From: a virus
Reading direction: 5' to 3' (one strand)
Length of the DNA: 50,485 nt
Virus record (IMG/VR): IMGVR_UViG_3300023284_000253
Coordinates: 1-50,485 of that record
Below the pieces are notes generated by a model. The model did not search any database and was not told where the DNA came from. It saw only the letters and a program-made list of their open reading frames with translations. The position numbers and the translations under genes were made by a program. Of the stretch, positions 35,901 to 43,695 are shown in pieces; position 1 is the stretch's first letter; each line of letters begins with the position of its first letter.

Positions 35901-37713
35901 GATGATCATCACGACCTATGAGGGGTTCCGGGATCTGACAGATGGGTGGGACTTTTCTCAGTTGGCATTTGACACTGAGACTACCGATCTAGACTGGTGG
36001 GAGCTGAAAATAGAGGGATTCTCTATTAGCAATGGGAAACAGTCGTGTTATGTAAACCTTAGTTCAGATGAGGAGTTGGCCGAATGGATCTTGTCCTGGT
36101 TTGTTCATCGACTCTCTGAAACTAATTTAATACTAATTGGTCATAATTTAGTATTTGACTTGAAGGTTTTGGCTAAATATGTTGGAATAGAGACCATTAA
36201 CCACCTTATGATGCGGACTAAGTTGGCTGATACCTGCACTGCCTCCTACCTGATTGATGAGAGGTGTAGCCACAAACTCAAGGGTCCAGAGGGATCGGGA
36301 CACTGCTGCGAGCGGTTTTTAGGTAGACAACCGGTTAGTTATGATGAGGCAATTAAGTATGGTGTTCTAAGCCCCGAGTTTGCTGAATATGCTGAGGCTG
36401 ATTCTGTGAACACGTTTGATCTCTGGCAGTCCGAGAAGCCTATCTTGGAACGTGACGGGTTGATGAATGTGTTTGAGGTTGAAATGGACTTCCTTCCTGT
36501 GCAGATCGAGATGGAACTGACAGGCATGGTGATTGACACAGATCGATTGATGGTCATGGAGACCGAGTTAGATCTGATCAAGTGCTCTTTGGAAGCTGAT
36601 CTGATTGAAGTTTTAGACCCTCCCGATCAGGGATACATGTTTGGTATTCCCATCGAGGCGACGCATATCAACTCTCCTACCAAGCTGCTCCCGGTGCTAC
36701 AAGAGAAGTACGGTCTTAAAGGGAAAAGTACCGATAAAAAAGCTCTAACCTCAATGTTGGGCAAGCACCCCATATTTGAGCTTATCTTGAAATATCGGGC
36801 CGTGAGTAAGCTTCTGTCTACCTATATTGTGCCCACTTGGGACAGGATTAGAGACGACAAGAGGATTCATCCTAGTTTCCGTTCTGCCCGAAGTGGGAGA
36901 CTTCAAGCACGGCAGCCCAATCTTATGAATCTAGCTAAAGAGAACAAGTGGGTTCCACAAGTAAATATTCGTAATATGTTTGTGGCTGAAGAAGAAAACT
37001 CTTTTTTAAGACCCGATTATATGGGACAAGAACTGCGTATCCTTGCCTCCAATGCGAATGATGAACGTATGCTGAACGCTTTTGATAAAGGGTGGGATGT
37101 TCACATGTTTGTTGCCAATCGATCATTGGGGTTAGGGATTCCAGCGGAACATTTGTGTGAAACCCACCCTGAGTATCCTGATGTACGAGAGAAGCATGAC
37201 ACATCTAGAACTAAATATAAAGCGGTAGGATTTGGAATTGCCTATGGTAAAACATCACATGGGTTCGCTGCTGAGTGGGGGTGTTCCAATCAACAAGCCG
37301 TAGGAGTGATTCAAAGTTATTTTAGAATGTTTCCTGGGGTTGAAAAGCACATTAAACAAGTACACAATTTTATTATTCTAAACGGATATTCGGTTACGGT
37401 TTCTGGACGCAGGAGACGGTATGACAAACCTATACGGAAGGGGGACCTTAGATCAGGGTTTAATCATACCATACAGGGTGGTGCCTCCGACCAGATAAAA
37501 ATGGCGTGTTCTTTGATGTGGCGGTGGTTTCAAGAGTTTACCATCAAACCAAAGATTGTGTTGACAATCCATGATGAAGTGATCATTGAAGCACCTTCTG
37601 ATAAAATACACTTGATTAAGGATCGAGTTGAGAGTATAATGTGTGGGGCGATGAAACTTAGATGCCCTGTTAAGGTTGAGTCCAAGATTACCCACAGTTA
37701 CGGAGATGATTGA
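35893..37713 (+). CDS. family A DNA polymerase with 3'-5' exonuclease domain
   Basis: Exo I FDTETTDL, Exo II HNLVFDLKVL, Exo III YAEADS; Pol A DYMGQELRILA, Pol B RTKYKAVGFGIAYG, Pol C TIHDEVIIE. Confidence 0.92.
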   Translation: MLKMIITTYEGFRDLTDGWDFSQLAFDTETTDLDWWELKIEGFSISNGKQSCYVNLSSDEELAEWILSWFVHRLSETNLILIGHNLVFDLKVLAKYVGIETINHLMMRTKLADTCTASYLIDERCSHKLKGPEGSGHCCERFLGRQPVSYDEAIKYGVLSPEFAEYAEADSVNTFDLWQSEKPILERDGLMNVFEVEMDFLPVQIEMELTGMVIDTDRLMVMETELDLIKCSLEADLIEVLDPPDQGYMFGIPIEATHINSPTKLLPVLQEKYGLKGKSTDKKALTSMLGKHPIFELILKYRAVSKLLSTYIVPTWDRIRDDKRIHPSFRSARSGRLQARQPNLMNLAKENKWVPQVNIRNMFVAEEENSFLRPDYMGQELRILASNANDERMLNAFDKGWDVHMFVANRSLGLGIPAEHLCETHPEYPDVREKHDTSRTKYKAVGFGIAYGKTSHGFAAEWGCSNQQAVGVIQSYFRMFPGVEKHIKQVHNFIILNGYSVTVSGRRRRYDKPIRKGDLRSGFNHTIQGGASDQIKMACSLMWRWFQEFTIKPKIVLTIHDEVIIEAPSDKIHLIKDRVESIMCGAMKLRCPVKVESKITHSYGDD

Positions 37714-38096
37714 TGCGTAAACGAACAAAGAAGGACCTACAGGTATTTAAGGATAACTTTGAATATTGGAAGCGTGAATTTGGGCTGACCCAATACTTCA
37801 CACACTTTAGAATGGAAAGATGTTTGGACGATGCTGATGCGGATATTCTGGTAAACGAATGTGGAAAAACTGCTAGAGTTAGATTATCTCCTAGCCAGAG
37901 TATTGGTGGTGATGTGAAAGCAGACTTTGAGGACGGGGGACAGCATGAAGCTGTGCATCTTCTTTTGAGTCGTTTGGTTTGGTTATACGCTAATCTTTCT
38001 AAAGCTGATGGATCTGAGGTTCTTTTGGCTGAGGAAGAGGAAGCTGTGGTTAGGAGAATTCAAACTGCACTTAATAGTCAGAAAGGAACAAAATGA
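37710..38096 (+). CDS. hypothetical protein with HExxH motif
   Basis: Track ORF. GGQHEAVHLLLSRL contains HEAVH. ATGA overlaps at both ends. Confidence 0.6.
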   Translation: MMRKRTKKDLQVFKDNFEYWKREFGLTQYFTHFRMERCLDDADADILVNECGKTARVRLSPSQSIGGDVKADFEDGGQHEAVHLLLSRLVWLYANLSKADGSEVLLAEEEEAVVRRIQTALNSQKGTK

Positions 38097-38476
38097 GTAC
38101 ATTGGAACATGCGTGGCAGATTCAATATGAAATGACATGCCAATTAAGTTCAACAGCAAGTAAAAACCGAGAGTTAGATTTGCTTCACATGGCCGTAGGT
38201 ATATCTGATGAGGCCGGTGAAGTTTTAGGTCAAGCTAAGAAAGCATTTTTCCAGGGTCACCCTTGGAAGAAAGATAAGGTCATTGAAGAAGTAGGTGATT
38301 TATTGTTTTATTTAAATCGCTTTATTCATCTTCATGGGGTGACACTAAGCGAGTGCATTGAAGCAAACGTGGTTAAATTGAATGCACGTTACCCCAATGG
38401 ATGGGACCCAGATAAGTCTCTTAATCGGGATACATCAAATGAACAGGTGGCTGTTTTTAATATAAAGGGTAAATAA
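38093..38476 (+). CDS. mazG: MazG-like nucleotide pyrophosphohydrolase
   Basis: ISDEAGEVLGQAKK and EEVGDLLFYL acidic helices, plus KLNARYPNGW. Confidence 0.8.
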   Translation: MSTLEHAWQIQYEMTCQLSSTASKNRELDLLHMAVGISDEAGEVLGQAKKAFFQGHPWKKDKVIEEVGDLLFYLNRFIHLHGVTLSECIEANVVKLNARYPNGWDPDKSLNRDTSNEQVAVFNIKGK

Positions 38477-38956
38477 ATGAGTGAACTAAAAGATGATGGA
38501 GTACTAAGAACCTTTCCTACCGGAGCCACACGAGATACCTCTGAAAACAAATTGGATTTTGAAGCATTTCTTAGTCCTAGAGTGTTAAGACGTTATGCTA
38601 AGTATTTGCATGCGAATCGTGAGCAAAGTGATGGTAAACTGAGAGCTGGTGATAATTGGCAACAAGGCATCCCAAAAGAGGTTTACATGAAAAGTCTAAT
38701 GCGTCATGTACTAGATGTGTGGGGTTTGCATCGTCAAGATCCTTTGTCAACCAGTAATATGGAGACATCTTTGTGTGCTGTGATCTTCAATGCTATGGGC
38801 TACTTGTTTGAAGAGACCCGAACAGAGAAAAAGATAGCGTGTTCTGGGAGCGAGGTATCATTGGATGGTTGCTATCTTGGTATTGCACAGGAGGTAGCAG
38901 AAGTTGATGCTGAAATGGTTCGGGTTGAATTTAACCTAGGAGAAAACAATGATTGA
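38477..38956 (+). CDS. DUF5664 / dATP-dGTP diphosphohydrolase N-terminal-like domain protein
   Basis: FPTGATRDTSENKLDFEAFLSPRVLRRYAKYL...GDNWQQGIP...SLMRHVLDVW matches the G-A-x-R-D...NW..G.P...RH pattern as I recall it. Confidence 0.55.
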   Translation: MSELKDDGVLRTFPTGATRDTSENKLDFEAFLSPRVLRRYAKYLHANREQSDGKLRAGDNWQQGIPKEVYMKSLMRHVLDVWGLHRQDPLSTSNMETSLCAVIFNAMGYLFEETRTEKKIACSGSEVSLDGCYLGIAQEVAEVDAEMVRVEFNLGENND

Positions 38957-39374
38957 AGCCTACATGTGCCACCATATCAGAGGGCCTAAGGGGGATGATT
39001 CAACTCCTGAGGAACGTGAGGCTAACCGTAATGATGCTATCAAGGTGGCTAAAGCACTTGAATCCATGATGCCAAATTTATCTGTTTATTGCCCCGGAGG
39101 TAATGACACTTGGGGAGAAGTGGCTTATAGTAGGGGTATACTTACCATTGACAAAATTTTGGAAATTGACTGCGCAATCATTGACACGATGGATTGTGTG
39201 TTGGTATATGATAAGTACCCTACTAGATCCGGGGGTATGAAGGTAGAGATCGAGTATTGTGCTAAAATGAATAAACCCTACTGTAGTTTTACGCTAGTTA
39301 ACTGGGATACCCCGCGTTATTTGGGAGTACACCTGCCCATGCTGGCAAAGAAGGAGCCCAAATGTCTGAAGTGA
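38949..39374 (+). CDS. nucleoside 2-deoxyribosyltransferase-like (DUF4406-like) protein, tentative
   Basis: Track ORF. IDCAIIDTMDCVLVYDK...SGGMKVEIEYCAKMNKP resembles the C-terminal S.G...E..A motif of that fold. Weak call. Confidence 0.35.
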   Translation: MIEAYMCHHIRGPKGDDSTPEEREANRNDAIKVAKALESMMPNLSVYCPGGNDTWGEVAYSRGILTIDKILEIDCAIIDTMDCVLVYDKYPTRSGGMKVEIEYCAKMNKPYCSFTLVNWDTPRYLGVHLPMLAKKEPKCLK

Positions 39375-40117
39375 AACGGTTAATCTGGGATATAGAAACT
39401 GCACCAAATGAGTCTTATCTGTGGCGTGCAGGTTTTGGTTTGAATATTGGTCATCACATGATTAAAAAGGAACGAGAAATAATCTGTATCTGTTACAAAT
39501 GGGAGGGAGAGGACGATGTTTGGTATGATACTTGGGACGAGGGTAGCGACAGACGGATGGTATCCGATTTCATGGCAGTTGCTTCAGAAGCCGATGAACT
39601 GATTGCGCACAATGGGGATCGGTTTGATATGAGATGGTTTAAGGGAAGATGTGTCATACATGATCTTCCTGTGCTTCCTCCTACTAAGACTGTTGACACT
39701 TGTAAGATTACTCGGAAGCATTTTGACTTGAATTCTTACCGACTGGATTATCTTTGCAAACTATTTTTTAATAAGGGAAAACTCAAGACTGATTTTGATC
39801 TGTGGGTACAGGTTATGGAGGGAAGCTCCAAAGCCTTAGATGAAATGGTTGATTACTGTTGCAGGGATGTTGTGCTCACAGAACGTCTCTGGGGACGCAT
39901 AAGGCCCTATCACAAGCCTCAAACTCATGCAGGGGTCCTAAACCACCGATCCCGCTGGACATGCCCTCAGAAGGGCTGTGAGAGCGTCAGAGTGAACAAG
40001 ACAAGAGTGTCTGCTGCGGGAATAAGGTCCCATTCCATGCAGTGCAAGAAATGTGGGATTTATTATTCAATTGCAGACAATGTGTTTGAACAGTACAAAG
40101 AAGCGAAAGGAATATGA
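39362..40117 (+). CDS. RNase H-fold DEDD 3'-5' exonuclease with C-terminal zinc ribbon
   Basis: IWDIETAP, AHNGDRFDMRW, YCCRDVVLTERL; C-terminal CPQKGC...CKKCG. Confidence 0.7.
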   Translation: MSEVKRLIWDIETAPNESYLWRAGFGLNIGHHMIKKEREIICICYKWEGEDDVWYDTWDEGSDRRMVSDFMAVASEADELIAHNGDRFDMRWFKGRCVIHDLPVLPPTKTVDTCKITRKHFDLNSYRLDYLCKLFFNKGKLKTDFDLWVQVMEGSSKALDEMVDYCCRDVVLTERLWGRIRPYHKPQTHAGVLNHRSRWTCPQKGCESVRVNKTRVSAAGIRSHSMQCKKCGIYYSIADNVFEQYKEAKGI

Positions 40118-40118
40118 T

Positions 40119-40277
40119 ATGTTGTGCCCTAAATGTGAACACCAGTATCGTCTGCTCGGGATGGACCCGGTGCAGCACATGGATGAATGGGATCAGGAGT
40201 TCCAGAATATCCCAGATAGACTTAGGATGTTTTGTCCGCACTGTGATCATGATGTATATTTACCCTTAGGAGAATGA
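40119..40277 (+). CDS. zinc-ribbon small protein (52 aa)
   Basis: Internal ATG of track ORF 40053..40277, just after the upstream stop. CPKCE...CPHCDH. Confidence 0.55.
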   Translation: MLCPKCEHQYRLLGMDPVQHMDEWDQEFQNIPDRLRMFCPHCDHDVYLPLGE

Positions 40278-40278
40278 T

Positions 40279-40542
40279 ATGCCATATATACCACCGATAG
40301 CACGAGATGAGCTAAGACTTGATTGGCGTGATGTTGAAACACCCGGTGAGTTAAACCACCAGATTAGTGTTCTACTTCATACCTGGCTAAATACAAGAGG
40401 TTTAACCTATAAAAACTTGAACGCGGCCATTGGGGCACTGGAGTGTGCTAAATTAGAGCTGTATCGTCAGGTTGCTGCTCCGTATGAGGATAAAAAGAAG
40501 GAAGAACATGGGTCTGTGTCTGGACTGGATGGAGGGGATTGA
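40279..40542 (+). CDS. hypothetical protein (87 aa)
   Basis: Track ORF; GGAGAATGAT precedes the ATG. Confidence 0.7.
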   Translation: MPYIPPIARDELRLDWRDVETPGELNHQISVLLHTWLNTRGLTYKNLNAAIGALECAKLELYRQVAAPYEDKKKEEHGSVSGLDGGD

Positions 40543-40646
40543 TGAAGATAATGAAATATATATGGCGGGTTATACGTCAGTGGCTAAAAGAAGCAAACGA
40601 GAACCACAAAAAATGGTGTGAAACTGCACAGTATCGGGAGAAATGA
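40542..40646 (+). CDS. hypothetical micro-protein (~34 aa)
   Basis: Hand-read MKIMKYIWRVIRQWLKEANENHKKWCETAQYREK. My reading of this stretch is uncertain by one base (see the rejected items). Confidence 0.3.
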   Translation: MKIMKYIWRVIRQWLKEANENHKKWCETAQYREK

Positions 40647-40647
40647 C

Positions 40648-40788
40648 ATGCGGAACAGCTTGTTAACGTGGCTTACAAAGCCTGTAGTTTGTAGCGGCTT
40701 TAATCAGGGGTGTGTATGGGAGTGGATTATTGGGGCTGTAATACTACTTGTGGTTCTGATGTCTCCCATTTTAATGATATTTTTATGA
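40648..40788 (+). CDS. hypothetical single-pass membrane micro-protein (~46 aa)
   Basis: Hand-read MRNSLLTWL...WEWIIGAVILLVVLMSPILMIFL. Coordinates are approximate. Confidence 0.3.
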   Translation: MRNSLLTWLTKPVVCSGFNQGCVWEWIIGAVILLVVLMSPILMIFL

Positions 40789-40801
40789 GAGGAGGTTAAG
40801 C

Positions 40802-41017
40802 ATGAGGTGGATTGAGTGGATTCAGCCAGCGGGCAAGACGGTAATGGACCCTGTGTATCAACGGGTGTCTGAAGAGACGGCTGTGAAGCTGCAAAAGGAA
40901 GCGTACCCAGACCACTCTGTTGATAATCAGACAAGGTTGGCTGATTTTATGACGATTCATTGGGCTTGGTTCTGTGATCCTCCTAGCACTGGACAGTTTA
41001 ATGGAGAGAAATTATGA
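40802..41017 (+). CDS. hypothetical protein (71 aa)
   Basis: Track ORF; GAGGAGGTTAAGC precedes the ATG. Confidence 0.7.
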   Translation: MRWIEWIQPAGKTVMDPVYQRVSEETAVKLQKEAYPDHSVDNQTRLADFMTIHWAWFCDPPSTGQFNGEKL

Positions 41018-41241
41018 GTAGTGTGATGAGATCCATAAAACGACAGACGGATGAGGGTAGGATAGTTGTGAAACAGCGGCGGCAACTTACTCAATTGTTA
41101 AAAAAGCTCCGATCACAGGACACAGACGAGAAGAATATTAAGAAGCATCTGGGACTCGTCAGGGTTATAAACAGGCTCAGGGCAGCCAAACAACAACTGA
41201 AAGGACCTTGGAATGATAAGTCTGTATCACAAGGAAACTGA
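41014..41241 (+). CDS. hypothetical basic protein (75 aa)
   Basis: Track ORF; ATGA overlap with the upstream gene. Confidence 0.65.
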   Translation: MSSVMRSIKRQTDEGRIVVKQRRQLTQLLKKLRSQDTDEKNIKKHLGLVRVINRLRAAKQQLKGPWNDKSVSQGN

Positions 41242-41413
41242 TGGGTTTACAACCGAGGTTGTTGGAAAGAATGTTAGGTTTGGGTTCTGTTTTGATGGGA
41301 TAGAGCTTGGTTGGTACTATGTGAGCAAAGATGAGGCTGATTGTGGAACTATTGACTCGGATGCACTAAACGTAATTTTAAACCTAGAAAGGGAGCAGGA
41401 TGAGGATGCCTAA
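41213..41413 (+). CDS. hypothetical protein (66 aa)
   Basis: Track ORF; overlaps both neighbours. Confidence 0.5.
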   Translation: MISLYHKETDGFTTEVVGKNVRFGFCFDGIELGWYYVSKDEADCGTIDSDALNVILNLEREQDEDA

Positions 41414-41609
41414 CTTTATTTACAGATGGATTCGTAAACGGGGACGTATCCCCAAATGGGTTAAGGTATTGTGGCCAGGGATTCATTGGTGTTCGGCATG
41501 GCCCTCTTTTAGCCTTGTAAATGAGCGTGGGCTGATAAATCATTATCATTGGTGCTGTTGTACACGGGAGGAGTTTTTATTCGGAGCTGAAACTACACCT
41601 AGGCTATAG
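41400..41609 (+). CDS. hypothetical W/C-rich protein (69 aa)
   Basis: Track ORF; GGGAGCAGG precedes the ATG. Confidence 0.5.
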   Translation: MRMPNFIYRWIRKRGRIPKWVKVLWPGIHWCSAWPSFSLVNERGLINHYHWCCCTREEFLFGAETTPRL

Positions 41610-41632
41610 GGGGTATAGAAAAGGAGGATGAG

Positions 41633-41986
41633 ATGAAGGTTATTATAGCAGGCAGTCGGGGTGTAACCGAGTTGAAACAGGTAGAGGAATCAATGGACCT
41701 TTCAGCGATTGACTTTTCTTATATAACTGAGGTGGTTAGTGGGGCGGCCCGAGGAGCGGATAGACTTGGGGAGGAGTGGGCCTTTGATCGTAATATTCTA
41801 ACCCAAGTGTTTTATCCAGACTGGGAGAAGTATGGTAAGGGTGCTGGATACATTCGTAACAGGCAAATGGCTAAGTATGCGGATAGGCTGGTTGCGGTGT
41901 GGGATGGTCAGTCTAAGGGTACAAAACACATGATTGACCTAATGCGGGCTGCAAACAAACCTGTCTATATCCACACCGTGTTATAA
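41633..41986 (+). CDS. SLOG-superfamily DUF2493 (YspA-like) protein
   Basis: MKVIIAGSRG...VVSGAARGADRLGEEWA...YPDWEKYGKGAGYIRNRQM...VAVWDGQSKGTKHMI matches the DUF2493 pattern. Confidence 0.75.
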   Translation: MKVIIAGSRGVTELKQVEESMDLSAIDFSYITEVVSGAARGADRLGEEWAFDRNILTQVFYPDWEKYGKGAGYIRNRQMAKYADRLVAVWDGQSKGTKHMIDLMRAANKPVYIHTVL

Positions 41987-42084
41987 GGGGGAAAAGGTTT
42001 TGATCCCTGAAAATATGTACAAGTTAGAGAACGTCTACGTCCCTCAGTACCACGCCTTCCTCTAGGTGGGCACCTACCCCACCA

Positions 42085-42127
42085 CCCCTCTTTATAGGAC
42101 GTGTACAGCCCCTCTTAGTTATAGGTC
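42085..42127. repeat. Tandem direct repeats CCCCTCTT(n)TATAGG(A/T)C
   Basis: cccctctttataggac (42085-42100) and cccctcttagttataggtc (42109-42127). A weaker third copy, ccttcctctaggtggg, lies just upstream. Confidence 0.6.
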
Positions 42128-42269
42128 CTTAGTGAGGCGTCAGTGTGGCCCTGTACATCATCCTATCAAGATAGTAGAAAGATTTATGGATTTAGCTTGC
42201 ATCTGTACTGGAGTGTTGTATACTGTACACAGAGCAGCATTCATTGACAATTGAATAGGAGGACACAGC

Positions 42270-42410
42270 ATGACCATGAGCGAAATGTACATAGCCTTGA
42301 CAGATGAGGGCTGGACACTGAACAAAGCCTATGATGAAATGAAAGCAACTGGATTCATGGGCACTAGGGATAGGTTAGTTGAGTATTTCAAGCTAATGCG
42401 AGCACTTTAA
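42270..42410 (+). CDS. hypothetical small protein (46 aa)
   Basis: Hand-read MTMSEMYIALTDEGWTLNKAYDEMKATGF... TAGGAGGACACAGC precedes the ATG. Confidence 0.5.
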   Translation: MTMSEMYIALTDEGWTLNKAYDEMKATGFMGTRDRLVEYFKLMRAL

Positions 42411-42493
42411 GGGGGATAAACCATGGACAGATCAATACTTATACTAGCATTCTGGGCTACAATAGCCCTGCTTTGATGCACCACACAAAATCG

Positions 42494-42541
42494 GATCTTG
42501 ATCAATGTGCCCTTATGGCCTTTAATCAAGGTCTCTTTTTA
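42494..42541 (+). terminator. Candidate rho-independent terminator
   Basis: 9-bp stem GATCTTGAT/ATCAAGGTC (one G-U pair), 22-nt loop, followed by TCTTTTTAT. Confidence 0.5.
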
Positions 42542-42611
42542 TACTCCCCCGGAGTCAATTGGTATTCAGGCCCTTGAAACAGCGTTATTATAAGAATGGA
42601 AGGATAGAAGA

Positions 42612-42707
42612 ATGGATGAATCGCTCAGACACGCTATGATTGTACTATGGGTTGTACTGATTATACTGGTTACAGCATATCTTAGGGAGTCAGAACACCG
42701 TCACTAA
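42612..42707 (+). CDS. hypothetical membrane micro-protein (31 aa)
   Basis: Hand-read MDESLRHAMIVLWVVLIILVTAYLRESEHRH; GGAAGGATAGAAGA precedes the ATG. Confidence 0.3.
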   Translation: MDESLRHAMIVLWVVLIILVTAYLRESEHRH

Positions 42708-42727
42708 TCACCTCTAAACCCTCACTT

Positions 42728-42835
42728 CCTCTCAGAGCTCCATAAAGGGGCCTACAAGCCACGATCTATCCAAGGGGTACTTTGGTGCCTATTTACTGAG
42801 ATCGGGCCTCTAACAGGCACACAGGAGCTCCTATT
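42728..42835 (+). repeat. Intergenic structured repeat, copy E
   Basis: TCCTCTCAGAGCTCC; hairpin CGATCT-AGATCG enclosing AAGGGGTACTTTGGTGCC (matches copy A AAGGGGTACTAGATAGCC); 3' block ACAGGAGCTCC. No ORF follows directly. Confidence 0.75.
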
Positions 42836-43120
42836 TCGACGCTGATACCATTCTTAGTCCCATTATGCTATATGTGTGCTAGTAAGAGGTATAATATGGT
42901 AAGTTTTAATATGGCACCATGTTCCCTCTGTCATCTCTCTGTTGTTCTATCTATCCTTCCTGTACTCTTTCCCTGTTTTCAGCTCGCAGATGGTGTTTAC
43001 AGCTCGGCCTTGTTGCAGAGAAGGGGTTAATCCTTGCAATAGATACAAGAGGCATTGACCGCAAGTTGTTCGTGAAACTGTCATCTTTTGACAGAATCAG
43101 ACCAAAAGAGTAGAATAAAT

Positions 43121-43149
43121 GTTTTATTTAGCCCCCAATGTGTTAGACT
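43121..43149 (+). promoter_or_regulatory. Candidate promoter (TTTAGCCCC box + TGTGTTAGACT)
   Basis: gttttaTTTAGCCCCcAATgtgTTAGACT parallels 43607-43635 with identical spacing. It shares TGTGTTAGACT with 34926-34936. Confidence 0.35.
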
Positions 43150-43272
43150 ATGTACAGCAAGGCTTCGGGGATTGGTGGTCCCGTGTAAGGGTTGATAAGA
43201 CCAATAGAGCACCTCAACAAAACGAGCCTTGTATTGTTGATTATTCATGGACAATTGAACAGGGGGCAGAAT

Positions 43273-43578
43273 ATGAGCTTACTGGATTCTATGGAATCAC
43301 ATGACTTAGGTCCTAAAGACGTCCCTATGAGCACATGGGTATACATAATGCGCCAACACCGTAGAAGCCTGGACCAATCAGAAACATCAGGCACTTCATT
43401 TGCACCATATTCGGACTATGAGGAGTATTGGGCAAGCAATCAGATTAAAACTTGCCTTTCTTGTGAATCAAAGTTACCGCCAGTTAAGTTGTATCAAAGT
43501 TTGGCTTTTCCGCTCAGTAAACCGTTCTGGCGTACTGTTTGTCCATCCTGTAACTGGATGTCAAAACCCATTGAATAG
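43273..43578 (+). CDS. hypothetical Cys-containing protein (101 aa)
   Basis: Internal ATG of track ORF 43192..43578, behind AGGGGGCAGA. CLSCES...CPSCN pair. The start is uncertain. Confidence 0.5.
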   Translation: MSLLDSMESHDLGPKDVPMSTWVYIMRQHRRSLDQSETSGTSFAPYSDYEEYWASNQIKTCLSCESKLPPVKLYQSLAFPLSKPFWRTVCPSCNWMSKPIE

Positions 43579-43606
43579 TTAGGGAAAGGGAGTGAGCAGA
43601 ATAAAC

Positions 43607-43635
43607 TTGTATTTTAGCCCCGAATAGCTTACACT
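43607..43635 (+). promoter_or_regulatory. Candidate sigma70-type promoter
   Basis: TTGTAT, 17-nt spacer (tttagccccgaatagct), TACACT. Lies 60 nt upstream of ATG 43696. Confidence 0.45.
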
Positions 43636-43695
43636 TTACAGACGTTGTCCATGTGGACGACATCGCTTTCACAAAACTAAATAGGGGGACAAACC

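Noticed and set aside
38093-38956. MazG plus a DUF5664-like domain as evidence for a 2-aminoadenine (Z) genome.
   Set aside because: No PurZ (adenylosuccinate-synthetase-like) or DatZ (HD dATPase) homolog is visible in any frame. The pair alone is widespread in phages with normal DNA.
40542-40788. On one reading of the printed sequence this stretch is a single 81-aa ORF.
   Set aside because: The supplied track lists no such ORF. The track translation of 40704..40934 (minus) is also consistent with a one-base difference from that reading. I therefore report two micro-ORFs (34 and 46 aa) at low confidence and flag the coordinates as approximate.
42066-42254. 62-aa ORF, and 42919..43113 (64 aa), in the low-coding stretch.
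   Set aside because: Neither has an SD. Their composition is odd (repeat-derived, or translation of a CT-rich tract), and they overlap direct repeats and TGTACA sites. They are treated as non-coding pending experimental evidence.
43119-43304. 61-aa plus-strand ORF.
   Set aside because: Its first 30 nt coincide with a promoter-like box that is duplicated in a clearly intergenic position (43607-43635). It has no SD, and it overlaps the better-supported start at 43273.
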